Origin: Gammaproteobacteria bacterium
GTDB lineage: Bacteria; Pseudomonadota; Gammaproteobacteria; JBCCGL01
DNA: 64,000 nt
Assembly (NCBI GenBank): GCA_965277715.1
Contig: OZ255836.1
Span: 1,472,001 to 1,536,000, forward strand
Direction: 5' to 3'
The stretch's first letter is position 1. The number at the start of each line of letters is the position of its first letter. The translations under genes were made by a program, and so were the position numbers. Positions 44,857 through 55,866 of this stretch are shown piece after piece. Below the pieces are notes generated by a model. It was not told the DNA's origin. It did not search any database and saw nothing but the letters and a program-made list of their open reading frames with translations.

Positions 44857-45771
44857 ATGACTATAACTGCCAACGAAAGACAAGACAACGTATATGCCAT
44901 AGCGGCAGTATTGACTGGAGCCGCTGTATTCTCATTCGGGGACGCTGTAGTAAAGTGGATTAGTATAAGCTTGGTTCTATGGCAAATTCTTACACTGCGT
45001 GCGATCATTGCAATTCCAGCTTTGATTGCAATATGTCGACTTCGTTCAAAACCTATACCTCTACTTCCCCAAAGAAAAAATTGGACACTTGCCAGGAGTG
45101 TATTAATGATTTCGATGTGGCTAACATACTATGCTGCTCTAATTCATCTCTCTATATCTGTAGCTGCAACAGTTTATTATACTATGCCAATTTTTCTAAC
45201 TCTCATAGCTGCGATTTTAATAGGCGAACGGGTATCGATAAGCAGTTGGTTTGCAGTGCTACTGGGTTTTTTGGGGGTACTTATTACTATTAAACCGAAC
45301 AAAGAAGGTTTTGATATCTTTACATTATTGCCACTATGCTCAGCTTTATTTTTCGCTTTTGCAATGATAATAACAAGGGTAAAATTGCAGTCAGAGCATC
45401 CTTATATTTTGACCATCAATTTGCAGATTTGCTTTCTTTTAGCTGGATTAGTTGGTACAGGAATTGTTGCCATATATCCTTGGCATGGAACAACAGATCA
45501 ATTCGCCTTTTTTACTAGCTCCTGGCGGAGCCTGAACACAATTGAGTGTGTGGTAATTTTTATTCTCGCAGTGGCGATAACCGTTGGAAACATTTTAACA
45601 TCTATTGCATATCAAAAAGGTAAAGCTTCTGTCATTGGAACATTAAGTTTTGCTTATATACCTTTTATCGCGATCTGGGGGTTTATTTTTCTTGGAGAAG
45701 TGCCTGAAATTTCGACGTTTTTAGGGATGATAATGATATCAATCGCTGGGTTTATTGTTGTGCGGTCTTAA
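44857..45771 (+). CDS. DMT/EamA-family transporter
   Basis: About 10 TM helices, LIGERV, WGFIFLGEVP; AT-rich. Confidence 0.88.
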   Translation: MTITANERQDNVYAIAAVLTGAAVFSFGDAVVKWISISLVLWQILTLRAIIAIPALIAICRLRSKPIPLLPQRKNWTLARSVLMISMWLTYYAALIHLSISVAATVYYTMPIFLTLIAAILIGERVSISSWFAVLLGFLGVLITIKPNKEGFDIFTLLPLCSALFFAFAMIITRVKLQSEHPYILTINLQICFLLAGLVGTGIVAIYPWHGTTDQFAFFTSSWRSLNTIECVVIFILAVAITVGNILTSIAYQKGKASVIGTLSFAYIPFIAIWGFIFLGEVPEISTFLGMIMISIAGFIVVRS

Positions 45772-45950
45772 AATTCGAATTTTTGAACAGTTTTTCTCGG
45801 TAAGCAACCATCATCATCGATTGCGAATTGCCTCATAAAAAATGTGGCTCTTCGCAGAATTTTGTTAAAACATAATCACTGCTGCCCCGTTAACTTGCGC
45901 AATATCAGCCTGCAAGCCAGAGGCAGCAAGGCCTTGTTGGTTCTCCTTAC

Positions 45951-46431
45951 TCCAGCGTTCAGGGTGTTTGGCCTTTGCTTGTTCATAAACTGCTTTTCTG
46001 GCTGCCAGTATCGCGTGGTCTTCGCCTTTATGACGCGAGGCTGGTGTCACAAACCCAATGCCGCTATGGCAATGAGAGTCGTTGTACCATTGCATAAATC
46101 CATGCACCCAGTTTCGCGCAGAGGCTAAACTATCAAATGGCTTTGACGGATAGGCAGGGGTGTATTTTAAGGTTCTAAACAGACTTTCTGAATAAGGATT
46201 ATCATCGCTTACCGATGGCCTGCTAAACGAAGGTATCACACCCAACCATTGCAGTTTTGCTAACATGGTAGCACCTTTCATCGGGCCACCATTATCCGCG
46301 TGTAATACCAATTGACTTTGGCTGCACCCCTCCGCTAAACAGGCACGCTGGATCAGCGCCGCTGCCAGATCAGCCGATTCACTCTCATGCACTTCCCAGG
46401 CAACAATTTTACGACTGTAAATATCCATCAT
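45951..46431 (-). mobile_element. Internal fragment of the IS3 element at 30996-32660 (inverted copy)
   Basis: Near-identical to about 32047-32527 (MMDIYSRKIVAWEVH...AKHPERW). Confidence 0.92.
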
Positions 46432-46793
46432 CCGTAAGCAAAGCAATGGTCTTGCGGCCATTGTTTAGCAAGAGCTTGGTCACAACCTGTTTGATGGTGG
46501 CTTATACGTGTTCACCAATCGCCACCGCAACAAAATCAAGTGTCTGATGTGGGAGGATAACGGTTTTTGTACTGTATTAAAAAGCCTTGGCCGAAGAGCG
46601 ATTTAAGTGACCTGATCTCAATGAGGAGGTCATGTCGCTGAGCGGAATGCAAATAAACGGCTTGCTTGATGGCTATGATTTAACTGCAACCATATCGGTG
46701 GCGCCGATACTTTAGAGAAGGTAGAAGCCTTGCTACCTTGGAATGTCGTTTTGGACATTGTGTTGGAATAGAGGCTGGTTTAAGGGCGCTTAC
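46432..46793 (+). mobile_element. Internally deleted IS66 remnant (tnpB fragment, tnpC tail, IR)
   Basis: RKQSNGLAAIV*QELG...YVFTNRHRNKIKCLMWEDNGF; tail similar to 33492-33590; ends GGGCGCTTAC. Confidence 0.85.
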
Positions 46794-46863
46794 AGTAAAA
46801 CCCCATAACACCCCACACAACCCACATAGAAACAAAAACTAAATAAACCACGCTATCTAAAAA

Positions 46864-47454
46864 CTACTGATGAAACATCGCCACTTCACTTACCAATTCA
46901 GGAAAAAAACGCAAAAAATCATCTTGCATTGCATCGTAATGATTTTCTGCCTCAGCCCCTGCACGCAATAACAAACGCTGTAACTCCGGCTTCTTCTGCC
47001 AGCGCTCAGCAAGCCGCCCAACAACCTCATCAACCCCGTCCAGCGTGCAACAACTGGTGAGCAAATCGCGCTCAATAAAGCGCGGAATATAATCCCTGAA
47101 ATGCACAGGCGCCATTGCCGCATGGAACTGCAAAGTAGCGTAGACACGCCGACAAAACCGCGCAAACGACTCATCAGAAAACAACGCCCAATGTTGAAAT
47201 AAAAAGTGATCGTAATACACATCGACAACAATACCCGCCACACGCCGCTGTGCACCGACAAACCGTTTGCGGCTACGCTGCGTCATCGCATGGGCATCGG
47301 TAAAACTATCGACCATACGGTGCAGACGAATACCCTCACCAACCCCCACATCAAATTGGTCTTCAATCCTGCCGCGCACAAAGTCACCGGAAAGACTACC
47401 GATAATCGATGCAGGGGTATCGGCTGCGAGCAATGCGTGGGCTAGATGATTCAT
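46864..47454 (-). CDS. acpH: Acyl carrier protein phosphodiesterase
   Basis: MNHLAHALL, GDFVRG, GIRLHRMVDSFTDAH, DVYYDHFL. Confidence 0.9.
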   Translation of the reverse strand: MNHLAHALLAADTPASIIGSLSGDFVRGRIEDQFDVGVGEGIRLHRMVDSFTDAHAMTQRSRKRFVGAQRRVAGIVVDVYYDHFLFQHWALFSDESFARFCRRVYATLQFHAAMAPVHFRDYIPRFIERDLLTSCCTLDGVDEVVGRLAERWQKKPELQRLLLRAGAEAENHYDAMQDDFLRFFPELVSEVAMFHQ

Positions 47455-47615
47455 TGAATTAATTGTGTACTCTATCAGTGCAAGGCTATACTTTTAGAGA
47501 GTGTCGGAAAACGACTGCGCCCGCAACGTTTTCTGGCACCCTCTTAGGTATCTGACCACTACAACTCGGTTATATTGACTATCAATAATAGCCACATGCT
47601 AAACTCCCTATCGTT

Positions 47616-47870
47616 ATGGCTATTAGCACATTTGATACATTAAAGTTTTCCCGCACGCTCAGGGATGCAGGCGTGCCCGAAAGTCAGGCTGAAGCTGAAG
47701 CGCAAGCTATTCAAGAGGCATTTTCCGAGGCTTTGAATACACAGCTTGCCACTAAAACAGATATTCAACGGTTCGAAAAAGAACTTCTGATTATAAAATA
47801 TATGCTGTGCCTGGTCATGGTTGCCGTTTTCATGCCATGCATAAAAACTGTTTTCTATACCTCAGAATGA
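47616..47870 (+). CDS. DUF1640/CCDC90-like coiled-coil membrane protein
   Basis: FDTLKFSRTLRDAGVPESQAEA...LATKTDI plus C-terminal TM. Confidence 0.85.
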   Translation: MAISTFDTLKFSRTLRDAGVPESQAEAEAQAIQEAFSEALNTQLATKTDIQRFEKELLIIKYMLCLVMVAVFMPCIKTVFYTSE

Positions 47871-47988
47871 TTCAGTTCAGCCGTAAGGCGCTGCAATAAG
47901 CAAATAAACCTACTTTTACCTTCTATACCGCAATATTAACAACCACATCCTTGTCCTGTTTTAAACATTCAACCTTTGGATGCCATAA

Positions 47989-48744
47989 GTGAACCAACAA
48001 CAACGCGACCGCTACAGCCGTCACATAAACCTGCCACAAATCGGTGAACAGGGTCAGGAAAAACTCCTCGCCAGCCGCTGCCTGATTGTCGGCATGGGCG
48101 GCCTGGGATCGCCAGTGGCCCTCTACCTCGCCGCTGCGGGTGTGGGAAAATTAGTCCTCGCCGACTACGACCAGGTCGAAGTCTCTAATCTGCAACGCCA
48201 AATAGCGCACAGTACAGACCGGGTTGGTCTATTAAAAACCCACTCGGCAAAGCAGGCCTGCCACGCCCTTAACCCGGATATCGACATCGACACCCTCGAC
48301 TACGCGCTCGACGAAGAAGACCTTGATGAAATCGTCGCCAATGTCGATATCGTCGTCGAAGGCAGCGACAACTTCCCCACCCGCTTTGCCGTCAACGCCG
48401 CCTGCGTGCGCAACCGCGTACCGCTGGTATCCGGCGCGGCAATCAGAACCGATGGCCAAATTTCTGTATTCCGCAACGACAGAGACGACAGCCCTTGCTA
48501 CCGTTGCCTCTTCAAAGAAAGCAGTGATGACGGCGACACCTGCGCAATGACAGGCGTACTCGGCCCGGTAGTCGGCATGGTTGGCACCGTCCAGGCAATG
48601 GAAACTATCAAAGTACTACTGAATATCGGCACCGACCTTTCAGGCCGTTTACTGCTACTGGATGGCCTGGCCATGGAATGGAACAGCATCCGCCTAAAGA
48701 AAGACCCGGCGTGCCCAGCGTGTGGCTCCCTCAAAAAGGCATAG
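47989..48744 (+). CDS. moeB: MoeB/ThiF adenylyltransferase
   Basis: RYSRH, GMGGLGS, SNLQRQ, PCYRC, CPAC. Confidence 0.88.
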   Translation: MNQQQRDRYSRHINLPQIGEQGQEKLLASRCLIVGMGGLGSPVALYLAAAGVGKLVLADYDQVEVSNLQRQIAHSTDRVGLLKTHSAKQACHALNPDIDIDTLDYALDEEDLDEIVANVDIVVEGSDNFPTRFAVNAACVRNRVPLVSGAAIRTDGQISVFRNDRDDSPCYRCLFKESSDDGDTCAMTGVLGPVVGMVGTVQAMETIKVLLNIGTDLSGRLLLLDGLAMEWNSIRLKKDPACPACGSLKKA

Positions 48745-48806
48745 CCCCATACCACCAACAATTAGCGTCAGCCTACCTTCCACAGAAACAGGCGAAACCC
48801 TACCAA

Positions 48807-50252
48807 CTACCCCAATTTCTCCTTCAACAACGCATTAAGCTGCGCCGGATTAGCCTTACCACCCGACGCCTTCATTACCTGCCCCACAAAAAACCCCAAC
48901 AATTTTTCCTTACCCGCCCGATACTGCTCACACTGCTGTGGGTTGGCACTAATCACCGCATCAACCAGCGCATCGATCTCACTGGTATCGGTAATTTGCT
49001 GCAAACCACGTGCTGCAATAATCGTATTGGCATCCCCCTCGCCATCCCACATCGCATCAAATACCTGCTTGGCGATTTTCCCAGAAATAGTGTCATCGGC
49101 AATTTTGTCGACAAGCCCCGCCAACTGCACAGCACTGACCGGGCACGCCGTAATCGCCTGGTCAGATTTATTTAACCGCCCGGCCAATTCCGATGTTACC
49201 CAGTTTGCCAACAGCTTTGGCACAGCCTGATGACCCACCTGACTGGCGGCAACGGCTGTTTCAAAATAGTCGGCCACATCACGATCCGCAGTCAATGCGG
49301 TGGCATCCTGTGCCGATAGATCAAACGTTTGCCTGTAACGCTGTTTTTTAGCATCCGGCAATTCAGGCAGTTCACCGCGCAATTGCTCAATCAATGCCGG
49401 TTCCAGCTCCACGGGCAGAAGATCCGGGTCGGGAAAATAGCGGTAGTCATTGGCTTCTTCTTTACTGCGCATCGACCGCGTTTCATCCTTGTCGGCGTCG
49501 TACAGACGCGTCTCCTGCACAACCGTACCACCAGATTCGAGCACGTCGATCTGCCGTTCCACTTCAAAATTGATCGCCTTTTCCAAAAAGCGAAATGAGT
49601 TCACATTTTTGACTTCAGCCCGTGTACCCAGCGTGGTATCACCCTTTAAACGCACCGATACATTCGCATCACAACGCAACGAACCCTCCTGCATATTGCC
49701 ATCACAGATGTCGATGTAACGCACCAGCGAATGAATTTTCTTCGCATAGGCCACCGCTTCTTTAGCCGATGACATATCCGGCTCAGAGACAATTTCCAGC
49801 AACGGTGTACCCGCACGATTCAGGTCGATACCCGTCATGCCCTGAAAATCTTCGTGCAGTGATTTACCGGCGTCTTCCTCCAAGTGCGCACGGGTAATAC
49901 CAATCTGTTTGGTCTCGCCATTTTCCAGTTCGATTTCCAGCGAACCCCTGCCCACAATCGGTAGCTCGTACTGGGAAATCTGGTATCCCTTGGGCAGGTC
50001 AGGGTAAAAATAGTTTTTACGCGCAAACACCGAACGCGGCGCAATATGCGCCCCCGTGGCCAGGCCAAATTTTACCGCCATACGCACCGCCTGTTTATTG
50101 AGTACCGGCAAGGTACCGGGCAACCCCAGATCCACAGCGCTCGCCTGAGTATTCGCCGGTGCGCCAAACGCGGTCGATGAAGCGGAAAAGATTTTACTCT
50201 GGGTGGAGAGTTGTGTGTGTATCTCCAGACCAATAACGGTTTCCCATTGCAT
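48807..50252 (-). CDS. gatB: Asp/Glu-tRNA amidotransferase subunit B
   Basis: [36 protein letters not shown]. Confidence 0.98.
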   Translation of the reverse strand: MQWETVIGLEIHTQLSTQSKIFSASSTAFGAPANTQASAVDLGLPGTLPVLNKQAVRMAVKFGLATGAHIAPRSVFARKNYFYPDLPKGYQISQYELPIVGRGSLEIELENGETKQIGITRAHLEEDAGKSLHEDFQGMTGIDLNRAGTPLLEIVSEPDMSSAKEAVAYAKKIHSLVRYIDICDGNMQEGSLRCDANVSVRLKGDTTLGTRAEVKNVNSFRFLEKAINFEVERQIDVLESGGTVVQETRLYDADKDETRSMRSKEEANDYRYFPDPDLLPVELEPALIEQLRGELPELPDAKKQRYRQTFDLSAQDATALTADRDVADYFETAVAASQVGHQAVPKLLANWVTSELAGRLNKSDQAITACPVSAVQLAGLVDKIADDTISGKIAKQVFDAMWDGEGDANTIIAARGLQQITDTSEIDALVDAVISANPQQCEQYRAGKEKLLGFFVGQVMKASGGKANPAQLNALLKEKLG

Positions 50253-50297
50253 AGCGGTATGTCCTCGGGGTTGGGTGCCTGAGCTTAAACGACGGGT

Positions 50298-51746
50298 TTA
50301 CAACGCCACCGGCATCTGCTGGTGCCAGTCAGTTTGTTGTTGGTATTGATGCGCCGCATTGAGCAACAGCGATTCATCAAACGGCTTGCCAATTAACTGT
50401 AAGCCCACCGGTAGATTGTCGGCAAAACCACACGGCATGGAGATACACGGCAGGCCCGCGAGGTTGGCGGCTATTGTGTAAATGTCGTTTAGGTACATAG
50501 CGACCGGATCGTCATTTTTTGCCCCAATTGGAAAAGCCACCGTCGGTGAGGTGGGGCCGAGAATAAAATCGACCGAGGCAAACGCCGCGTTGAAATCATC
50601 GCTAATCTGGTGCCTGATCTTTTGTGCTTTCAGATAATAGGCGTCGTAATAACCGGCGGATAATGCGTAAGTGCCTATCATCACGCGCCGTTTTACCTCG
50701 TCACCAAACCCTTCGCCACGCGAGCGCTTATATAGATCTTCGAGGTCTTGTGGGTTATCGCAGCGGTAGCCAAAACGCACCCCATCAAACCGTGAAAGGT
50801 TAGAGGAACACTCGGCGGGTGCCACCACGTAATACACCGGCACAGCCAGGTGTTGATTGGGCAGTGATACCTCCCTGAAATTGACCCCGCATTTTTTCAA
50901 TACCTCTATGGCCGACTCGACCGCCTGCGCAACGCCGCTCTCAAGTTTTTGATCAAAGTACTCTTTCGGTAAACCAATTGTTTTACCCTGTAAGTCACGA
51001 TCGAGCACTGCGGTGTAATCATCCACCGGGTGGTCGATACTGGTGGAATCCCGCTCATCAAAGCCTGCCATCGCATTTAATAGCAGTGCACAGTCGTGCG
51101 CATTTTTGGCCATCGGGCCAGCCTGATCGAGGCTGGAGGCAAACGCCACCATACCGTAGCGGGAGATACGCCCATACGTCGGTTTCATACCGGTGATACC
51201 GCACATCGACGCGGGCTGTCGAATCGACCCACCGGTATCAGTACCCGTGGCTGCCACCACCAGCCGTGCCGCCACAGCCGCCGCCGAGCCACCGGAAGAA
51301 CCACCGGGGACACAGTCCGTTGACCAGGGGTTTTTAACACAGCCGTACCAACTGGTCTCATTACTCGAACCCATGGCAAATTCATCCATATTGGTTTTTC
51401 CCAGCGAAACACACCCCGCCCGCTTTAAGCGCGATACCACCGTGGCATCGTAAGGTGAAATAAAGGTATCTAACATCCGCGAACCGCAGGAGGTTTTAAC
51501 GCCCTCCGTACAGAACAAATCCTTATGCGCGATAGGGATGCCGGTCAGCGGCCCGGCAGTGCCATCGGCAATCGCCTGGTCAGCCACCTGCGCCGATGCC
51601 AGTGCCTGCTCACGGGTGACAGTAATAAACGCATTCAGCGTTTTATTTGCCTCAATTCGCTGTAAAAATAATTCGGTTAGCTCGCCACTGCTGATGGTTT
51701 TTTCTGCCAGCGCTGTGGACAGTTCGGCAAGGGTTTTAGTGTGCAT
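50298..51746 (-). CDS. gatA: Asp/Glu-tRNA amidotransferase subunit A
   Basis: [34 protein letters not shown]. Confidence 0.98.
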   Translation of the reverse strand: MHTKTLAELSTALAEKTISSGELTELFLQRIEANKTLNAFITVTREQALASAQVADQAIADGTAGPLTGIPIAHKDLFCTEGVKTSCGSRMLDTFISPYDATVVSRLKRAGCVSLGKTNMDEFAMGSSNETSWYGCVKNPWSTDCVPGGSSGGSAAAVAARLVVAATGTDTGGSIRQPASMCGITGMKPTYGRISRYGMVAFASSLDQAGPMAKNAHDCALLLNAMAGFDERDSTSIDHPVDDYTAVLDRDLQGKTIGLPKEYFDQKLESGVAQAVESAIEVLKKCGVNFREVSLPNQHLAVPVYYVVAPAECSSNLSRFDGVRFGYRCDNPQDLEDLYKRSRGEGFGDEVKRRVMIGTYALSAGYYDAYYLKAQKIRHQISDDFNAAFASVDFILGPTSPTVAFPIGAKNDDPVAMYLNDIYTIAANLAGLPCISMPCGFADNLPVGLQLIGKPFDESLLLNAAHQYQQQTDWHQQMPVAL

Positions 51747-51812
51747 TGTTTACTCGGAAGGCACTGATTCAGCCAGGGCTTTTACGTTAATGGTTTATGC
51801 GAGGGTTAGTGT

Positions 51813-52100
51813 TTATTCAACGACACGGGGCACCAGGTACAACCCGTCTTCAACGGCGGGGGCATGGCGTTGAAAATGTTCACGCCGATCCGTTTCCGTC
51901 GCGACATCTTCGCGCAGGCGCTGGCTGGCGTGTTGTGGGTGCGCCATTGGCGTGACATCGGTGGTATCAATACCGTTCATCTGCTCGACCAGCGCGAGAA
52001 TATCGGATAGGTTACTGACGTAGTGATCCACACGGCCTGGATCTATTTGCAAACGCGCCAAATGCGCAATTTTATCGACATCTTCTGGAGTAAGGGGCAT
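51813..52100 (-). CDS. gatC: Asp/Glu-tRNA amidotransferase subunit C
   Basis: VDKIAHLARL, LRED, GLYLVPRVVE. Confidence 0.96.
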   Translation of the reverse strand: MPLTPEDVDKIAHLARLQIDPGRVDHYVSNLSDILALVEQMNGIDTTDVTPMAHPQHASQRLREDVATETDRREHFQRHAPAVEDGLYLVPRVVE

Positions 52101-52224
52101 AGCGCACAACCTGGTGAGTTAAGCCGGGAATTTTACACCAGCATACCAGGCAGAGGAAATAATTAGACATCGGCATACTTTACCGCCAGAATCCTTTTTT
52201 GTTTTACGCCCAAAGAAAAATACG

Positions 52225-53283
52225 ATGATCAAAACCACCTGCATAGGCGCCTACCCCAAACCTGATTATGTTCCCATTATCGACTGGTTTGAACTTGACC
52301 AGGGGCTGGTCGCAGAGAGCGGTGAAGTCACCCGGCGCTACACCGAGACAATGGCAAACGCCAACGAAGCGATCGAAGCTCTGTTTGTCAAAGCAACCCA
52401 GGCGGCCATCGAAGATCAAGTCAATTGTGGTGTTGATGTCCCCACCGACGGTGAACAGCGTCGGGAAAACTACATCCACTACCACTGCCGACACCTGACT
52501 GGCATCGATTTTGACAACCTAAGCAGTCGCGTTTTGCGTGATGGTGCCTATGAAGCCGAGCTGCCCACCATCAATGGAAAAGTCACTGCACGCGGTGAGC
52601 ACTTCCTCGACCACGACTTTAAAACGGCACAACGCTTTAGCAACCGACCGGTAAAAATCACGGTACCCGGCCCCATCACCATTATCGATACCACGGTGAA
52701 TACGCACTATTCATCGGTACGCGAGCTGGCCTTCGACCTGGCGGATGCGTTGAATTACGAAATACGCGCACTGGTCGAGGCCGGTTGCAAAAACATCCAG
52801 GTTGACGAGCCATTATTCGCCCGCAATGTCGAACGCGCACTGGATTTTGGTGTTGAGTGCCTCGACCGCTGTTTCGACGGTGTACCGAACGATGTCACCC
52901 GCACCATGCACATGTGCTGTGGCTACCCGGATAAGCTCGATAGTGTCGGCTACCACAAGGCCGACCCCAACTGCTATTTCGAGCTGGCCTCAGCGGTCGA
53001 CAATTCATCTGTACACCAGATTTCGGTTGAAGATGCACACCGTTACAATGACTTATCGCTCCTGGAGCAATTTAAAAAATCGCAGCTTATCTTTGGCTCT
53101 ATCACTATTGCAGAGAGCGCCATTGAGTCGGTAGATACCATTGCCGCCCGCCTCCAGGCAGCGCTGCAACACATCGATAAAGACCGCTTAATAGCAGCGC
53201 CCGACTGTGGCCTGGCACTCCTCGGTCGCGAGTTGGCGATAACGAAATTGTGCAATATGTGTGAAGCGGCAAGATCAATCTAA
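52225..53283 (+). CDS. Single-domain cobalamin-independent methionine synthase (MetE C-terminal-like)
   Basis: TTCIGAYPKP, DVPTDGEQRR, GPIT, IQVDEP, HMCCG and PDCGL Zn ligands. Confidence 0.85.
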   Translation: MIKTTCIGAYPKPDYVPIIDWFELDQGLVAESGEVTRRYTETMANANEAIEALFVKATQAAIEDQVNCGVDVPTDGEQRRENYIHYHCRHLTGIDFDNLSSRVLRDGAYEAELPTINGKVTARGEHFLDHDFKTAQRFSNRPVKITVPGPITIIDTTVNTHYSSVRELAFDLADALNYEIRALVEAGCKNIQVDEPLFARNVERALDFGVECLDRCFDGVPNDVTRTMHMCCGYPDKLDSVGYHKADPNCYFELASAVDNSSVHQISVEDAHRYNDLSLLEQFKKSQLIFGSITIAESAIESVDTIAARLQAALQHIDKDRLIAAPDCGLALLGRELAITKLCNMCEAARSI

Positions 53284-53308
53284 ACACACAATTACCTGAA
53301 ATCGCACA

Positions 53309-54160
53309 TTGTCGACCCACCTCAAAGGCCTGCTGATTACAGCGGCAGGCATCCTCCTGCTCAGCCCGGATAGTCTGATTATCCGGCTTATCGAGGCCGA
53401 CCAGTCGACCATTTTATTCTGGCGTGGTTTTTTTGTCTTCGAGGGCATGTTACTTATCACCGCCATCGTGCACCGCCGCCGCACACCGGCTGCATTTAAA
53501 GCTATCGGCCTGCCGGGGCTTGGCGTCGCATTGATGTGGGCATTCAGCACATTCTTTTTTATCAGTGCCCTACTCCACACCAGCGTTGCCAATACCCTGA
53601 TCATTATCAGCACCTCGCCGGTTTTTGCGGCACTGTTAAGCCGTATTTTCCTGCGCGAAAAAATTGCCAGGCACACCGCCATAACCATTATCGTGGTTAT
53701 CACAGCAGTGGCCTTAATCGTATCAGGCAGCTATAAAAGTGGTAGCTGGCTGGGAGATTTTTTCGCGTTGGGGACGGCGGTCTGCGTTGCCTGCACATTT
53801 GTATTTACCCGGCAAAAGAAAGAGTGCGATATGACACCCGCTGTCGCCTTGAGTGGGTTGTTGATTGCTCTGGTCGCGCTGCCGTTTGCATCGCCTTTTG
53901 CGGTGAGTGTACAAACCGCCTGGTTATTTCTATCATTGGGCTTATTACTCACCCTCGCCCTGGGGCTATTGTTTATTGGGCCACGCTATATCCCCGCCGC
54001 CGAAGTCAGCTTAATGTTGCCACTGGAAACCGTGCTAGGTTCATTGATCGTCTGGTTGGTCCTGGGTGAACAGCCCACGGTTAACGCCATGCTAGGGGGT
54101 GCAATAGTGGTTATAGCATTAATGCTTCACTCAGCGATTGCATTGCGTAAACAAGAATAG
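53309..54160 (+). CDS. DMT/EamA-family transporter
   Basis: Hydrophobic repeats; LSPDSLIIRL, FLREK, LGEQP. Confidence 0.88.
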   Translation: MSTHLKGLLITAAGILLLSPDSLIIRLIEADQSTILFWRGFFVFEGMLLITAIVHRRRTPAAFKAIGLPGLGVALMWAFSTFFFISALLHTSVANTLIIISTSPVFAALLSRIFLREKIARHTAITIIVVITAVALIVSGSYKSGSWLGDFFALGTAVCVACTFVFTRQKKECDMTPAVALSGLLIALVALPFASPFAVSVQTAWLFLSLGLLLTLALGLLFIGPRYIPAAEVSLMLPLETVLGSLIVWLVLGEQPTVNAMLGGAIVVIALMLHSAIALRKQE

Positions 54161-54306
54161 AAACCACGATTCCTCATCATTACACCGTACCAACACGAAA
54201 AAAACCCCACAATCACTCACCCTTACCCTCACCCAGGCAATTGAGAACACTCAACAGTATATGTTGTGTTAAATTACCTTTTGTCTTATTTCCACTAGGA
54301 TTTGTT

Positions 54307-54825
54307 ATGAACCCCTCCCGTCAATTCTTTATTACATTATTTTTTGCCATTTCGTTGTTCAGCACCATCGCTCACGCTAAAAATGGAGACAGAGTAGGTG
54401 ACCAACTGCACAACTTTTCATTTATCGATCCCAGTGGCGCCCAGGCAAAACTGTCTGATTATCAGGGTGAGGTAGTGCTGGTTAAGCTATGGGCAACCTG
54501 GTGTGGCGTTTGCAAAGCAAAATGGCCGGACTACCAAAAACTCTACAGCGCCGTAAAAGACCAACCGGGGGTACGCATAGTCACCCTATCAATTTTTGAA
54601 GACCCGGCTGACAGCCAGGCATGGGTGAATGGCCAGGGTTTTGATGTACCTCTGTATAAGAACCTTATCAACAATAAAGGCGCAGTGAGCGTCGCCGCTG
54701 GAGAGGATTATTTCGTTAAGGGTACACCCATGGTATTTTTGCTGGATAAACAAGGCGTGGTAAAAAAGAAAACAATCGGTTTTAAAGGTGTGATTAACGA
54801 GCAGGATATTCGCAGTTTGCTGTGA
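54307..54825 (+). CDS. TlpA-family thiol-disulfide oxidoreductase
   Basis: Signal peptide; WATWCGVC; GTP cis-Pro loop. Confidence 0.88.
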   Translation: MNPSRQFFITLFFAISLFSTIAHAKNGDRVGDQLHNFSFIDPSGAQAKLSDYQGEVVLVKLWATWCGVCKAKWPDYQKLYSAVKDQPGVRIVTLSIFEDPADSQAWVNGQGFDVPLYKNLINNKGAVSVAAGEDYFVKGTPMVFLLDKQGVVKKKTIGFKGVINEQDIRSLL

Positions 54826-54841
54826 ATGAAATACAAAGTAA

Positions 54842-54868
54842 AAAACCACGTTCTAAGAACGTGGTTTT
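54842..54868. terminator. Bidirectional intrinsic terminator
   Basis: AAAACCACGTTCT-A-AGAACGTGGTTTT between convergent genes. Confidence 0.8.
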
Positions 54869-54993
54869 GATTTCGCCCCAGCCCCCTATATTAACTTGCA
54901 CACAAGTAACTATATGGGGTCTAGAAGGGCGTATAAAGCCAGCTTTATAAATCATTCATCCACAATAACCATAAAAACCGCTTTCCTAACTAC

Positions 54994-55866
54994 TTACTCA
55001 CGCAATAACGGCCGGGTTAAACACGTCGGTCCACCCTCACACTTAATACACAAATCATCTCCATTAAAGGTATCGATAATACACCCTGCGTCCTGCAAGG
55101 CTCGCTGTGTTTTTGGCAGACCACCCACCATAATGCCGTGGCGGGGTTTAATCGCCAGCACATTTAAACTCAAGGTGTTACTGGCCTCAAATTCATCGAT
55201 TGGCGCCTCTACCAACTGCACACCACAATCCTGTAACATTTGATAAAACGCTACGGGCAGCAAGGGCTTGTGCACCAGTGCCAAATCGTGGTCGATTAAG
55301 CTGATTAGTGACATCAAATGCAAACAGGCGCTTTCGCCCGCACACACTGGCAGGTCGAATGCCTTTACTTCAACACCGCCCGGTTTTAGCAAAGTGGTCA
55401 GTTGTTCGATGCCCGATTGGTTGGTACGAAACCCCCGCCCAACAATCAGGGTATTCTCATTTAACCAGACACAATCACCCGCCTCGACAGTGCCCGGCGC
55501 CTGAATGCGACCAAGCACCGGCACGCCCAGTTTTTCATACATGCATTGGTGTGCATCGACTTCCTCACGGCGCAATACTTTACCCATACGCAGTAAAATG
55601 GCGCCCGCGTTACTCACCAGTGAAGGGTCATGGGTAAAAATGGCGTCACATAAGGTATCGGGTGCCTCGTTCATCACTATGATTTCTGCACCGCTTTTTT
55701 CCAGTTGCTGAATAAACGCCCGGTGCTGTGTATCCAGCGCCTGCCGGGTTAAACCATCACCGTAATGCCACACCGCCGGGTCTGCACTGGCCATACTGGC
55801 AGCAGGCGCACGCACGATAACGCGAGCCAGTGGCGATACCATATTTTGTGCGCCGTAATTACTCAT
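54994..55866 (-). CDS. Amidinotransferase/DDAH/arginine-deiminase superfamily enzyme
   Basis: DAIFTHDPS, EAGD, CLHLMS, EGGPTCLTRP catalytic Cys. Confidence 0.88.
   Translation of the reverse strand: MSNYGAQNMVSPLARVIVRAPAASMASADPAVWHYGDGLTRQALDTQHRAFIQQLEKSGAEIIVMNEAPDTLCDAIFTHDPSLVSNAGAILLRMGKVLRREEVDAHQCMYEKLGVPVLGRIQAPGTVEAGDCVWLNENTLIVGRGFRTNQSGIEQLTTLLKPGGVEVKAFDLPVCAGESACLHLMSLISLIDHDLALVHKPLLPVAFYQMLQDCGVQLVEAPIDEFEASNTLSLNVLAIKPRHGIMVGGLPKTQRALQDAGCIIDTFNGDDLCIKCEGGPTCLTRPLLRE

Noticed and set aside
33492-46793. IS66 composite transposon formed by two inverted ends
   Set aside because: Both are the same (tnpC-distal) end and have diverged; flanks TGTAATTC and AGTAAAAC are not an 8-bp duplication.
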